A DNA stretch of 55,885 nt from assembly GCA_965371515.1 (NCBI GenBank), contig CBDUYR010000014.1, positions 1 to 55,885 of the forward strand, read 5' to 3'. Both the position numbers and the translations under genes were made by a program. Of the stretch, positions 38,062-46,669 are shown in pieces. Under the pieces are notes generated by a model, which saw only the letters and a program-made list of their open reading frames with translations, did no database searches and was not told the DNA's origin. Source of the stretch: an uncultured bacterium (lineage in GTDB: Bacteria > Krumholzibacteriota > Krumholzibacteriia > Krumholzibacteriales > Krumholzibacteriaceae). How positions within the stretch are numbered: position 1 is the stretch's first letter; every line of letters begins with the position of its first letter.

Positions 38062-39700
38062 GCGGTGATATGAAGAGAGACGCGTCGTCACTGCCGGCAT
38101 GAACTCCTCTTTCGGGAAGAAACGCAGGAGCACGGACTTTCAGGAGCATGCTCCCCGCTTTCAGGATCGTATCTGCGCGAACGGTGATAAATTCGACGTT
38201 GCATGGATACGGCCCTTCATACCACGGACTGACGAGTATTTTCTCCGGGCCCAGGTCATCGGCCAGAATCGACATCCCCGTCGCCTCGAAATATTCCGGG
38301 TCGAGGATGACCAGCACATCGATATTTCTGGCACCCGATCTTCGAACTTCCCTGGCCACATAATGTGCGGACCATGCCGCGGGCCATTGTTCAAGTACCA
38401 GGACGCCCCCGTTACCACCGTATAGAATTCCTCCGTGACCAGGAAAGCAAACCGTTCCTCCATCTCCATGATCCCGCCCTGCGATCACGGGAAGGAATGA
38501 GATGATCGACAGAGCCAGTCCGAATATGAATATCGCCCTTCCATGCTTCTCGCACCTGAAAGCGACGGCGCACAGCACAAGTCCGGGCACGTAAAAACGG
38601 ACGTCGAAGTCGGATATGATCAGGCCTGCCCTCGAGATCTCCGCCCCACGGGAAACGAGCTCTCCTGTGAGCGCGGAAAGAAGATTAAGCGGAATCGATG
38701 TGATACTGCTCCATGAGTGTCCGGCGATGACGTAAATGAACCCGCCGTAGAGAAGGCCCGTAACGGGCAGCGCCATGACTACGCTCATCACCGGTCCCGT
38801 AAGAGGTGCAAAACCGAAGATCCTCACGGACAGCGGAAGCATGGAAGCCTGCACGCTGAGCGACATTGCCAGAGCGAGCAGCGGCGGGAGAATAATCCGG
38901 GACCCCCTCCGTCCGGCTATTCTTTTCTGGATCGACCTGCATAACGGCACTCCGAGCAGAGCCACACCGGCGGCAGCGTTGAACGACAGCATGAAGCCCG
39001 TATTGTTCAGTGATGGTGGATCGAGGATGCAGACGAGGAAGGCCCCTGCAATAACACACCTGGCGAGACTGATCTTGACCCCGGAAAGCCTGTATGTCCT
39101 CATCACGGCCATCATGGACAACGCCCTGAGAAGCGAACCGGGGCGTCCCGCCACCGCTGCATAGAAGGAGAGCACAAAAAGGGCCGTAAAATCGCGGAGG
39201 ATCCCTCTCGTTCCAGCCAGCGTCAGGATCCCGAACAGAGGCACGGCGATCAGCCCGAGATGAAGTCCGCTGAGAGCGAGATAATGAGCCGTCCCTGTGT
39301 TCCTCCAGTCGCGGCGGGCTTTTCTCGAAAGGGCTGTCCTGTCGGCGATAAGCAGCGCCCTGAGAAGCCCCCTGGTCTCAGCGCTCAGTTCCCCTTTGTC
39401 TATGATCTTGAGGACTCTTTCCCTGACGGCCGTCACTGGAGATATGTCGTCCGCTTTCCGGGAAACAACCGGATGAGAGGAACCGGAGAGCAGGTCTTTA
39501 TCCATCGGTGAAAGAGAGGCCGTAACAAGGACAAAAAGGCCCGACGCGCTCGTAAGGAATGTTCGCGACCTGAGGGCCGGCGGGAACCGCCCCGTATATG
39601 AAACAAGGATGGAAATTGTGCACAGCGCCGACGCGGCGCTGGCCGCACCGGATGGAAAGAACGTACCAGCAAAGAAAAAAACGGCCCACCACACGAACAT
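38054..39700 (-). CDS. comEC: ComEC/Rec2-family membrane protein
   Basis: GTAHYLALSGLHL, SLLRALSM, GFMLSF; multiple TM segments; short degenerate MBL-like tail. Confidence 0.82.
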   Translation of the reverse strand: MFVWWAVFFFAGTFFPSGAASAASALCTISILVSYTGRFPPALRSRTFLTSASGLFVLVTASLSPMDKDLLSGSSHPVVSRKADDISPVTAVRERVLKIIDKGELSAETRGLLRALLIADRTALSRKARRDWRNTGTAHYLALSGLHLGLIAVPLFGILTLAGTRGILRDFTALFVLSFYAAVAGRPGSLLRALSMMAVMRTYRLSGVKISLARCVIAGAFLVCILDPPSLNNTGFMLSFNAAAGVALLGVPLCRSIQKRIAGRRGSRIILPPLLALAMSLSVQASMLPLSVRIFGFAPLTGPVMSVVMALPVTGLLYGGFIYVIAGHSWSSITSIPLNLLSALTGELVSRGAEISRAGLIISDFDVRFYVPGLVLCAVAFRCEKHGRAIFIFGLALSIISFLPVIAGRDHGDGGTVCFPGHGGILYGGNGGVLVLEQWPAAWSAHYVAREVRRSGARNIDVLVILDPEYFEATGMSILADDLGPEKILVSPWYEGPYPCNVEFITVRADTILKAGSMLLKVRAPAFLPERGVHAGSDDASLFISPLD

Positions 39701-39738
39701 CCTCCACCTCCCGGCCGTACCCGGTCACTATACCGCTG

Positions 39739-41031
39739 TCATCCTCCGTAGAAAGAAATCCTGTTCTTGCCCTCCCTCTTTGCCCTGTACATGGCCTGGT
39801 CGGCCTTGCGGAACAGGTCCTCTTCGTCGCCGGCGTCCACAGGGAATATACACCCGCCCACACTGATCGTTATCCCCAGGGCGATTCCGTCATCCATCGT
39901 CAGTTTCGTTCCGGCTACGATCTCACGGATCCTCTCGGCAGTCCTTTCCGCAGCCTCACGCCCCGCTCCCGGGAGAAGCGCTATGAACTCTTCCCCGCCG
40001 AACCTGAACAGTTGATCGATCTTCCTGAGATGTTTTCTGACTGTTTCAGCAACGAGTTTAAGGACCCTGTCGCCCGTATCGTGGCCATATTTGTCGTTGA
40101 AGAACTTGAAGTCATCTATGTCCATTATGAGAAAGGCGAGACATTTTCTGTTACGGGTCGCCCTCTCCATTTCCAGCGGCAGCTGTACCTCGTAGTTGTT
40201 CCTGTTGTTCACACCGGTAAGCCTGTCGATCGACACCATGCGCTCGAGCTGACGGTTATTATCGAGGACCCTGATGATACCCTTTGCAACGAGTTGATAG
40301 TTGATCATCCTGTCGTTCGTCGGCTGGCCGCGTGAGATGGAATGGACTTCGAGGAGCCCGTAGACGATTCCCGCGCTTCTCAACGGGAAAAGCATGATCT
40401 TCATGCTCCTCCCATCGACCGGAAAGATACCGCCGTTCATCAGACCGCGTTCGAGAAGTATCGCAGCTTCTTCGGATGCCAGGGAAGTCCCATAGAAGCC
40501 GCCCGCTTCGGCGTCTGCCAGAGAGGATTCCCCGATCCTGCCCGATTTCCTGATATTGGGCGCATCGAATTCACTGAAGAGCATAAGGAAGGCCGAAGCT
40601 CCAGGTTCTATGGTTCCCGTCAGCTCGAGCAGATTTTCGAGTCTCTCGGAGATATTGACGGGCGAATCGTCCAGAGAGAGGGCTGAGATGATGCCGGCCA
40701 GGACCGATGGGACTATTACGCCCTGGCGTCTTTCTGTTTCCGAAACGGCATTGTACTCTGCGACAGGCATCTCGAGCGTGACCCTGGACGGCCCGGAACG
40801 CTCCGTAAAACGGACATGGACCTCGCCACCCCTGTTCTCGGGTACTTCGCGGTCGTATACACGCAGAGATACGAGTTCCTCCATCGCAAGCCAGGCCTCT
40901 CTTATCAGCTCCGTGCGTATTCCCGAATCGAGGGCATTCCTGATGCCCTCGATCCTATTCGAGGACAGAAGGTGTCTGGGGATCAGTCTCGACAGGAGAA
41001 ACCTGTAATCTTTCTCAAACCCATGGTGCAT
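39739..41031 (-). CDS. Diguanylate cyclase (N-terminal GAF-like region + GGDEF)
   Basis: DRLTG, DIDDFK, GHDTGD, I-site RKID, active site GGEEF. Confidence 0.92.
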   Translation of the reverse strand: MHHGFEKDYRFLLSRLIPRHLLSSNRIEGIRNALDSGIRTELIREAWLAMEELVSLRVYDREVPENRGGEVHVRFTERSGPSRVTLEMPVAEYNAVSETERRQGVIVPSVLAGIISALSLDDSPVNISERLENLLELTGTIEPGASAFLMLFSEFDAPNIRKSGRIGESSLADAEAGGFYGTSLASEEAAILLERGLMNGGIFPVDGRSMKIMLFPLRSAGIVYGLLEVHSISRGQPTNDRMINYQLVAKGIIRVLDNNRQLERMVSIDRLTGVNNRNNYEVQLPLEMERATRNRKCLAFLIMDIDDFKFFNDKYGHDTGDRVLKLVAETVRKHLRKIDQLFRFGGEEFIALLPGAGREAAERTAERIREIVAGTKLTMDDGIALGITISVGGCIFPVDAGDEEDLFRKADQAMYRAKREGKNRISFYGG

Positions 41032-41187
41032 AATTCGTCCTGCTCAAGCCGGGCCATACTTACAGTATACTCCGCCTACCATTATACACTAATACGGCAC
41101 CGATTTAAAGGGTCAGGACGCATCCCCGGGCACTATTCCTGCATATGTTGCGTATAATGCACTATCCATCCGCGGCCAGTTCTGAAC

Positions 41188-41216
41188 TTGTATGTCTCCG
41201 CGGATTTGGATATATT
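41188..41216 (+). promoter_or_regulatory. Putative sigma70 promoter of mltD
   Basis: TTGTAT-17 bp-TATATT. A weaker sigma54-like GGGCACTATTCCTGCA lies at 41128-41143. Confidence 0.5.
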
Positions 41217-41241
41217 ACGCCAGACTGGGAGGTTAGACTGG

Positions 41242-43047
41242 ATGAGACGTCTGCTGACGCAGCTGATGACCGTGTTGATAGCATTTTCCCTTACCGGCTG
41301 CATTCCTGCCGGTAAAAGCGGAAAATCGGCCGTTCAGGCCGACCTCGAGGCCTCGGCCTCCGAGGAAGAGGTCTATCTCCTGTATCCCCAGCTCATGTTG
41401 CTCAACAAAAAGCTCGACGAGGCCGAGGCGTATTACAGTCTCGGCGACCTCGACTACTCCCACTCCCTGAGCGAAGCTCTCATCGGTGATATCAACGATT
41501 TCATGTCGACCGATCCCGATCCTTTCGTCTGCGACCATCTCGAAAATCTCGAACATAGAGCCGTCCTCCTTAACACCCAGATCGAGAAGGAGGAAACGGA
41601 GAACGAGTGGCGTGATCACATGACCTCCGTTATCAACTCGATCGGACAGAACCATGTCGTCGAGGAAGAGATCGAAGTCGTAATCAACTGGCGTACCGAG
41701 CACTGGCTCCGGTATTTCCAGGGCAAGGGACGTCGGCATTTCACCAGATGGCTCGAACGGGTCGAGATGTACCGCGACATCATAGAACCTATACTCATCG
41801 AGCAGGAACTGCCCCGTGATCTGATGTATCTCTCCGTTATCGAGAGCGGCCTGAACCTCAATGCAAGGTCGTGCGTCAATGCGACCGGCCCGTGGCAGTT
41901 CATGGCCGGGACAGGACGTCTGTTCGGTCTGCGGATCAACTGGTGGGTAGACGAAAGAAAGGATATCATCGCTTCTACCTATGCGGCAGCCAACTATCTC
42001 AAATACCTATACAGTCTCTTCGGCAAATGGGACCTTGCCCTTGCGGGATACAACGCGGGCGAATACAGAGTCGCAGGCGCGATCTCGAGGCAGAAGACGG
42101 AAGACTACTGGCAGCTTCGCCTTCCCAGCCAAACAAAATGGTTCGTTCCCAAATACATGGCAGCGCTGATCATCGGACGCGATCCTGCGGCGCATGGTTT
42201 CAAGATCAGGGATGTCAAACCAATCACCTTCGACATAGTGAGAATCGATCGTTCTACAGATCTCAAGCACGTATCGAAAGGTGCCAACTGTACAGTCACC
42301 AGGCTGAAGAAGCTTAATCCGGCTCTCAAGAGATGGGCCACTCCTCCAGGAATGGAGATCGAAATCAAGGTGCCCGCCGGGAAGGGCGACGCCGTACTGG
42401 CCGTACTGGCCGATATCCCTCCAGAAGAACGTGTCTCCTGGCACAGGCACAAGGTCCGTCGCGGCGAGACGCTCTCGAGGATAGCGTCCAGATACGAGAT
42501 CTCCCAGTCGGAACTGAAGCGGATCAACAGCATCAGGAATGCTCACAAGATCAGGACGGGTACGATTCTGCTTATCCCGGTAAAGGACTCCGGTCAGGTA
42601 GCCTCCGCGACGAGCAAACCAAAGTACAAGGACTCTCCGAATCTCCCGTCGAAGATAAACGTCAAGAAATATACGCCGCCCAGGGGGCATACAAAGATCG
42701 TCTACACTGTCAGAGATGGCGACACAGTGAGCGAGATAGCCGAACGGCATCACGTCGGCCTGAGCAAGGTCAGGAGATGGAACAATCTGCGCTACAGCTC
42801 CACCATCCACCCCGGCCAGAGTATCGTGATATACCTTCCTGCCGGCGCAAATACGCGGATCGCAAATTCAAAGCCGGTGGAAGGAAAGATGAAGGTCTAT
42901 CACACGGTGAGAAAAGGTGAGACTCTCAGCTCTATCAGCAGGCTCTACAAGGCCAGGGTATCCGACTTGCTTGCGTGGAACAGCAGCGTAAAAAAGGACC
43001 TCGTCTACCCCGGCGACAAGCTGATGATCTGGATAGAATCAAACTAG
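41242..43047 (+). CDS. mltD: MltD-like lytic transglycosylase lipoprotein with LysM domains
   Basis: Lipobox LTG-C; IESG, GPWQFM, AGYNAG; three clear LysM repeats; ATG 41242 with SD GGAGG. Confidence 0.88.
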   Translation: MRRLLTQLMTVLIAFSLTGCIPAGKSGKSAVQADLEASASEEEVYLLYPQLMLLNKKLDEAEAYYSLGDLDYSHSLSEALIGDINDFMSTDPDPFVCDHLENLEHRAVLLNTQIEKEETENEWRDHMTSVINSIGQNHVVEEEIEVVINWRTEHWLRYFQGKGRRHFTRWLERVEMYRDIIEPILIEQELPRDLMYLSVIESGLNLNARSCVNATGPWQFMAGTGRLFGLRINWWVDERKDIIASTYAAANYLKYLYSLFGKWDLALAGYNAGEYRVAGAISRQKTEDYWQLRLPSQTKWFVPKYMAALIIGRDPAAHGFKIRDVKPITFDIVRIDRSTDLKHVSKGANCTVTRLKKLNPALKRWATPPGMEIEIKVPAGKGDAVLAVLADIPPEERVSWHRHKVRRGETLSRIASRYEISQSELKRINSIRNAHKIRTGTILLIPVKDSGQVASATSKPKYKDSPNLPSKINVKKYTPPRGHTKIVYTVRDGDTVSEIAERHHVGLSKVRRWNNLRYSSTIHPGQSIVIYLPAGANTRIANSKPVEGKMKVYHTVRKGETLSSISRLYKARVSDLLAWNSSVKKDLVYPGDKLMIWIESN

Positions 43048-44298
43048 TTTATCCCCGACAATCGAACTCCTGCCGTCCGGGATATCCGTCCGCGGGATGC
43101 GGCCCGCAACGAGGCAGTTGGTGCCAATACTGATTCCGGACGGTATCCTGGTTCCCTTTCCGACGAGCGTTACTCCGAAATCGAGATACTCAGGCTGGAG
43201 GTCGTTCGGCGTACGCGAGTTCCCCACGCCCAACACTGCCTTACTTCCGACACTCACTCCCTTGTCCAGTATCGTCCTGGTAACCCTCGCCCCTTTCCCT
43301 ATTACGCAATCCTGGAATATGACCGAATCCTCGACGACGGCGCCTTTCTCTACGATCACGCCGGGAGAAAGGATAGATGACCTGACACTTCCGGCAATAA
43401 CTGAGCCGCTGCAGATCATGGATCTCTCGACCTTCGAACCCTTCAGCAGGCGCATTGGGGCATAGTCGTCCGTTGCCGTCATCACTCCGCGTCCGGAGCC
43501 GGACAGTACTAGCCTGGGACGCTTCGAGAGCAGGGAGAGGCTTGCCTGGTAGTACGACTTGAGAGTCCCTATATCGAGCCAGAACCCGCCGTATTTGAAT
43601 GCTGAGACCTTATCCCTGACAACCAGATCCGGGATGATGTGCTTCCCGAAATCCAGGTCGTCGTGGGACTTTTTTATCCTTTCCATCGTGCTCATCAGGA
43701 ACCGGCGATCGAATATATATATTCCCATAGAGGCGAGTGTGCTTCTGGCGGTAACCGGCTTTTCGTCGAAGCGAAGGATCTTTCCGCCTGCATTGACTGT
43801 CGCGATCCCGAAATGTCTTGTCATGCTGCGCGGAACATCTGATACGGCTACTGTGACCGGCATCCCGGACTCGACATGGAATTCGAGGAAATCGCTGTAA
43901 TCCATGTTGTAGACGTGGTCGCCCGAAAGGATAAGAACATGCTCGCAATCGAGCGATTCGAGAATAGCCATGTTCTGGTAGATGGCATCCGCAGTCCCTC
44001 TGTACCAGTCGGCCGCCCTGTATCCGAGATGCGGATGAAGTACATGAAGTCCGCCCGCGACCCTGTCGAGATCCCACGGCTTTCCTATGCCGAGGTGGCT
44101 TTCAAGCGAACGGGAAATATACTGAGCGAGCACGAAGACCTCTCCGATCCCTGATCTGACACAGTTCGTAAGCGTAAAATCTATTATCCTGTATTTGCCG
44201 GCGAACGTAACGGCAGGTTTCGCCCTGTACGTGGTCAGCAGGCTGAGCCGCTTTCCGACGCCTCCCGCCAGTATGAATGCAGACATCTGTTTGATCAT
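43039..44298 (-). CDS. glgC: Glucose-1-phosphate adenylyltransferase
   Basis: AGGVGKRL, RAKPAV, GTADA, SGDH, FDEKP, ASMGIY, DFGK; beta-helix. Confidence 0.88.
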   Translation of the reverse strand: MIKQMSAFILAGGVGKRLSLLTTYRAKPAVTFAGKYRIIDFTLTNCVRSGIGEVFVLAQYISRSLESHLGIGKPWDLDRVAGGLHVLHPHLGYRAADWYRGTADAIYQNMAILESLDCEHVLILSGDHVYNMDYSDFLEFHVESGMPVTVAVSDVPRSMTRHFGIATVNAGGKILRFDEKPVTARSTLASMGIYIFDRRFLMSTMERIKKSHDDLDFGKHIIPDLVVRDKVSAFKYGGFWLDIGTLKSYYQASLSLLSKRPRLVLSGSGRGVMTATDDYAPMRLLKGSKVERSMICSGSVIAGSVRSSILSPGVIVEKGAVVEDSVIFQDCVIGKGARVTRTILDKGVSVGSKAVLGVGNSRTPNDLQPEYLDFGVTLVGKGTRIPSGISIGTNCLVAGRIPRTDIPDGRSSIVGDKLV

Positions 44299-45464
44299 TC
44301 CTTGTCCCTCACCGTTTCTCCTGGTTCGACGATCCTTCCCTTCCTGACTGTAATACCGTTTCTGATCGAGGCACCTTTTCCTATTACGGTTATCTCTGTG
44401 GTCACTGGGGAACCGCCACCGATCACGGCTTCAGTTCCGACAGTCACATCCTTGTCAAGGATCGACCTTTTCAGACGGGCACCTCTGCGGATCCTCGATC
44501 GAGAGAAGACGATGCTGTCCCGCACATCGGCGTCTTTCTCAACGACCGTGCCAGGAAAGAGGATACTGCCGCTGACTTTCCCCTCGATCCTGCAGCCGCA
44601 GGCTACAATCGATCTGGAAACCTCCGAACCTGCGCAGAAACTGGCTGGTGGAAGATCGTCACCCCTAGTATATACAGGCCATCCCCTTCTCGATATCAGC
44701 GAAGCTCCTCTGAGCAGCCTCATAGATGCGCGGTAATATGCCGGTATCGAGCCGATATCCTCCCAGTAAGATTCAAAAGGAAAGGCGTAGACCTTGCCTC
44801 CGTCGATGAGCGGAAGAAGCATGTCGAAAACGATGTCGGTCCTGCTCTCCCTTAGAAGACCCATCAGCAACCGCGCGTCGAACAGGTAGATACCGAGCGA
44901 GGCTCTGTCGCCGGCGGCTACCCTGTCCGGTTTTTCCCTGAACTGCTTGACAAGCCCGTCCTTTCTGCACCTGACCATTCCGAATCTCGAACTCTCTCTC
45001 GAAGCAACCTTCTTGCAGGCTATCGTCACCGGCCCTCCATGGGAAAGATGGAATGCGATGACCTCGCCGTAATCAGAGATATAAACCTGGTCGCCCGACA
45101 GCACCAGCACGAGGTCACATTCGGAATTTCTGATTATATCGAGGTTCTGGCAGAGGGCGTCAGCGGTCCCGAGATACCAGTGAGCTGCCTCCCCATGATA
45201 AGACGGCTGGAGGATCTTTACGCCACCGTGTTTTCTGTCGAGATCCCACGGTTTTCCCATCCTTATGTGCTCGATGAGGGATTTCGGATTGTATTGGGCG
45301 AGGATATTGATATCGGTAAGACCCGAATGGACGCAGTTGCTCAGGCAAAAATCGATGACCCGGTACCGCCCCCCGAAAGGGACAGCGGTCCTTGCCCTGT
45401 GTCTAGTCAGAACGGAAAGGCCCTCGTCCGTTCCACCCGCCAGTATCATTGTGAGGATCTTCAA
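44295..45464 (-). CDS. GlgD-like / degenerate ADP-glucose pyrophosphorylase subunit
   Basis: GlgC paralogue with AGGTDEGL and RARTAVPFGGRYR. Probable TTG start at 45464. Confidence 0.75.
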   Translation of the reverse strand: MKILTMILAGGTDEGLSVLTRHRARTAVPFGGRYRVIDFCLSNCVHSGLTDINILAQYNPKSLIEHIRMGKPWDLDRKHGGVKILQPSYHGEAAHWYLGTADALCQNLDIIRNSECDLVLVLSGDQVYISDYGEVIAFHLSHGGPVTIACKKVASRESSRFGMVRCRKDGLVKQFREKPDRVAAGDRASLGIYLFDARLLMGLLRESRTDIVFDMLLPLIDGGKVYAFPFESYWEDIGSIPAYYRASMRLLRGASLISRRGWPVYTRGDDLPPASFCAGSEVSRSIVACGCRIEGKVSGSILFPGTVVEKDADVRDSIVFSRSRIRRGARLKRSILDKDVTVGTEAVIGGGSPVTTEITVIGKGASIRNGITVRKGRIVEPGETVRDKE

Positions 45465-45502
45465 CCGGCTGCAACACCCCCGGGCTCCCGGCAACGACCT
45501 TG

Positions 45503-46552
45503 TCAGTATGAGACGAGAAGCGAGACGCGATGGGTCGTGTCGAGAACGTCGTGCATGAGAAACGCGTAATCGATTCCGAGATTGAAATCCCAAGAGGTGA
45601 AGTCGCTGAGGAGGAATCCCGCCCCGGCAGTCCACCTGCCCATGTCGTTTCCGCCCCTGAGCGCCACGATGTTGCGTATGAGCAGTTCGGCACCGAAATG
45701 GAAGTCGGCGCTGGCTGCTCCGACCCAGTACTGCGAGACCCACTTCCTGTTTTCGAAGCGGAAGTCCCCATCGGCAGCCAGCATGAGTACGCTGTTCATG
45801 CTCTTTATATGAAATGGCCAGGCCAGGCCTGCCTTGATCGCTGGATAGATAAACTCTCGCTTCCCCGTGCTCCAGCTGATGAACGTCCCTGTGGCGTCCT
45901 GCAGCTTCAGACCCACGGCGAGGTCACGCCAGAGGCCTCGCTTGACGTAGCCCAGGTCGATCCCCAAGCCGAAACTCGAGACGCCTGTGACCTGATCGTT
46001 TCTTATGAACTTGAGGGTCGCTCCAACATCTCCAAAACTCATCATCTGTCCATATGTGAGAAATACCGCCATGTCGTTAACGCTCTCCAGCGGATAGTTC
46101 CTGTAGTCAAAATTGAGACTCTCTCCGTCCCACGGCTCGAACCTGTCATCACCGTCCGAGTTGTCTATCATTCCTCCGTTCATCGGCACTATACGGATAT
46201 CGTCGATACCCATGTGTATGAGCGAAACGCCCCATCCGGATTTTCCATTTTTGAGGGGGAAGACAGCGGAGAAGTAATTGTAGTCGATCAGCTCTCCGAA
46301 CCTCTCGGAATGCATCAGCGACATCTCCCAACTGCCTGGAGTCGTCAGGAAGGATGAAAAATCGGCGATTCCGGCAGGGTTCCAGTAGGTTGTAGTCGCA
46401 TCGTTGGCTACGGCTATGAAGGTGCCTCCCATCGCCATTGCCCGCGCACCGCCTCCAAGGGCCATGAACTCACCGGCGTACTTCTCCGCCGATGCGCCAG
46501 CGGTCAGGATGGGTATGCTGAGCAGGCACAACACGAAAAGACGGATCCGCAT
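45503..46552 (-). CDS. PorV/PorQ (UPF0164)-family outer-membrane beta-barrel
   Basis: Signal peptide, GARAMAMGG, YWNPAG, amphipathic strands, terminal Tyr (HRVSLLVSY). Confidence 0.8.
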   Translation of the reverse strand: MRIRLFVLCLLSIPILTAGASAEKYAGEFMALGGGARAMAMGGTFIAVANDATTTYWNPAGIADFSSFLTTPGSWEMSLMHSERFGELIDYNYFSAVFPLKNGKSGWGVSLIHMGIDDIRIVPMNGGMIDNSDGDDRFEPWDGESLNFDYRNYPLESVNDMAVFLTYGQMMSFGDVGATLKFIRNDQVTGVSSFGLGIDLGYVKRGLWRDLAVGLKLQDATGTFISWSTGKREFIYPAIKAGLAWPFHIKSMNSVLMLAADGDFRFENRKWVSQYWVGAASADFHFGAELLIRNIVALRGGNDMGRWTAGAGFLLSDFTSWDFNLGIDYAFLMHDVLDTTHRVSLLVSY

Positions 46553-46637
46553 GCAATCCTCCGATTTCCCAGGGGATATATCTTCAGATCTCCAAATCTA
46601 GTTGCAGCGACTATAGGCTGGCACCTGTAACATAGTA

Positions 46638-46666
46638 ATTATAACAGACTCCGTAATCCGAAACAA
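46638..46666 (-). promoter_or_regulatory. Putative sigma70 promoter of the porV-like gene
   Basis: TTGTTT-17 bp-TATAAT with extended TG. Confidence 0.6.
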
Positions 46667-46669
46667 ATA

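Noticed and set aside
45465..45743. ORF-track N-terminal extensions of glgD-like, cmk, xerD, proS, dapF, hslV, DUF494 and the kinase
   Set aside because: They overlap upstream genes or precede the conserved N-terminus. Downstream starts were chosen, most with an SD.
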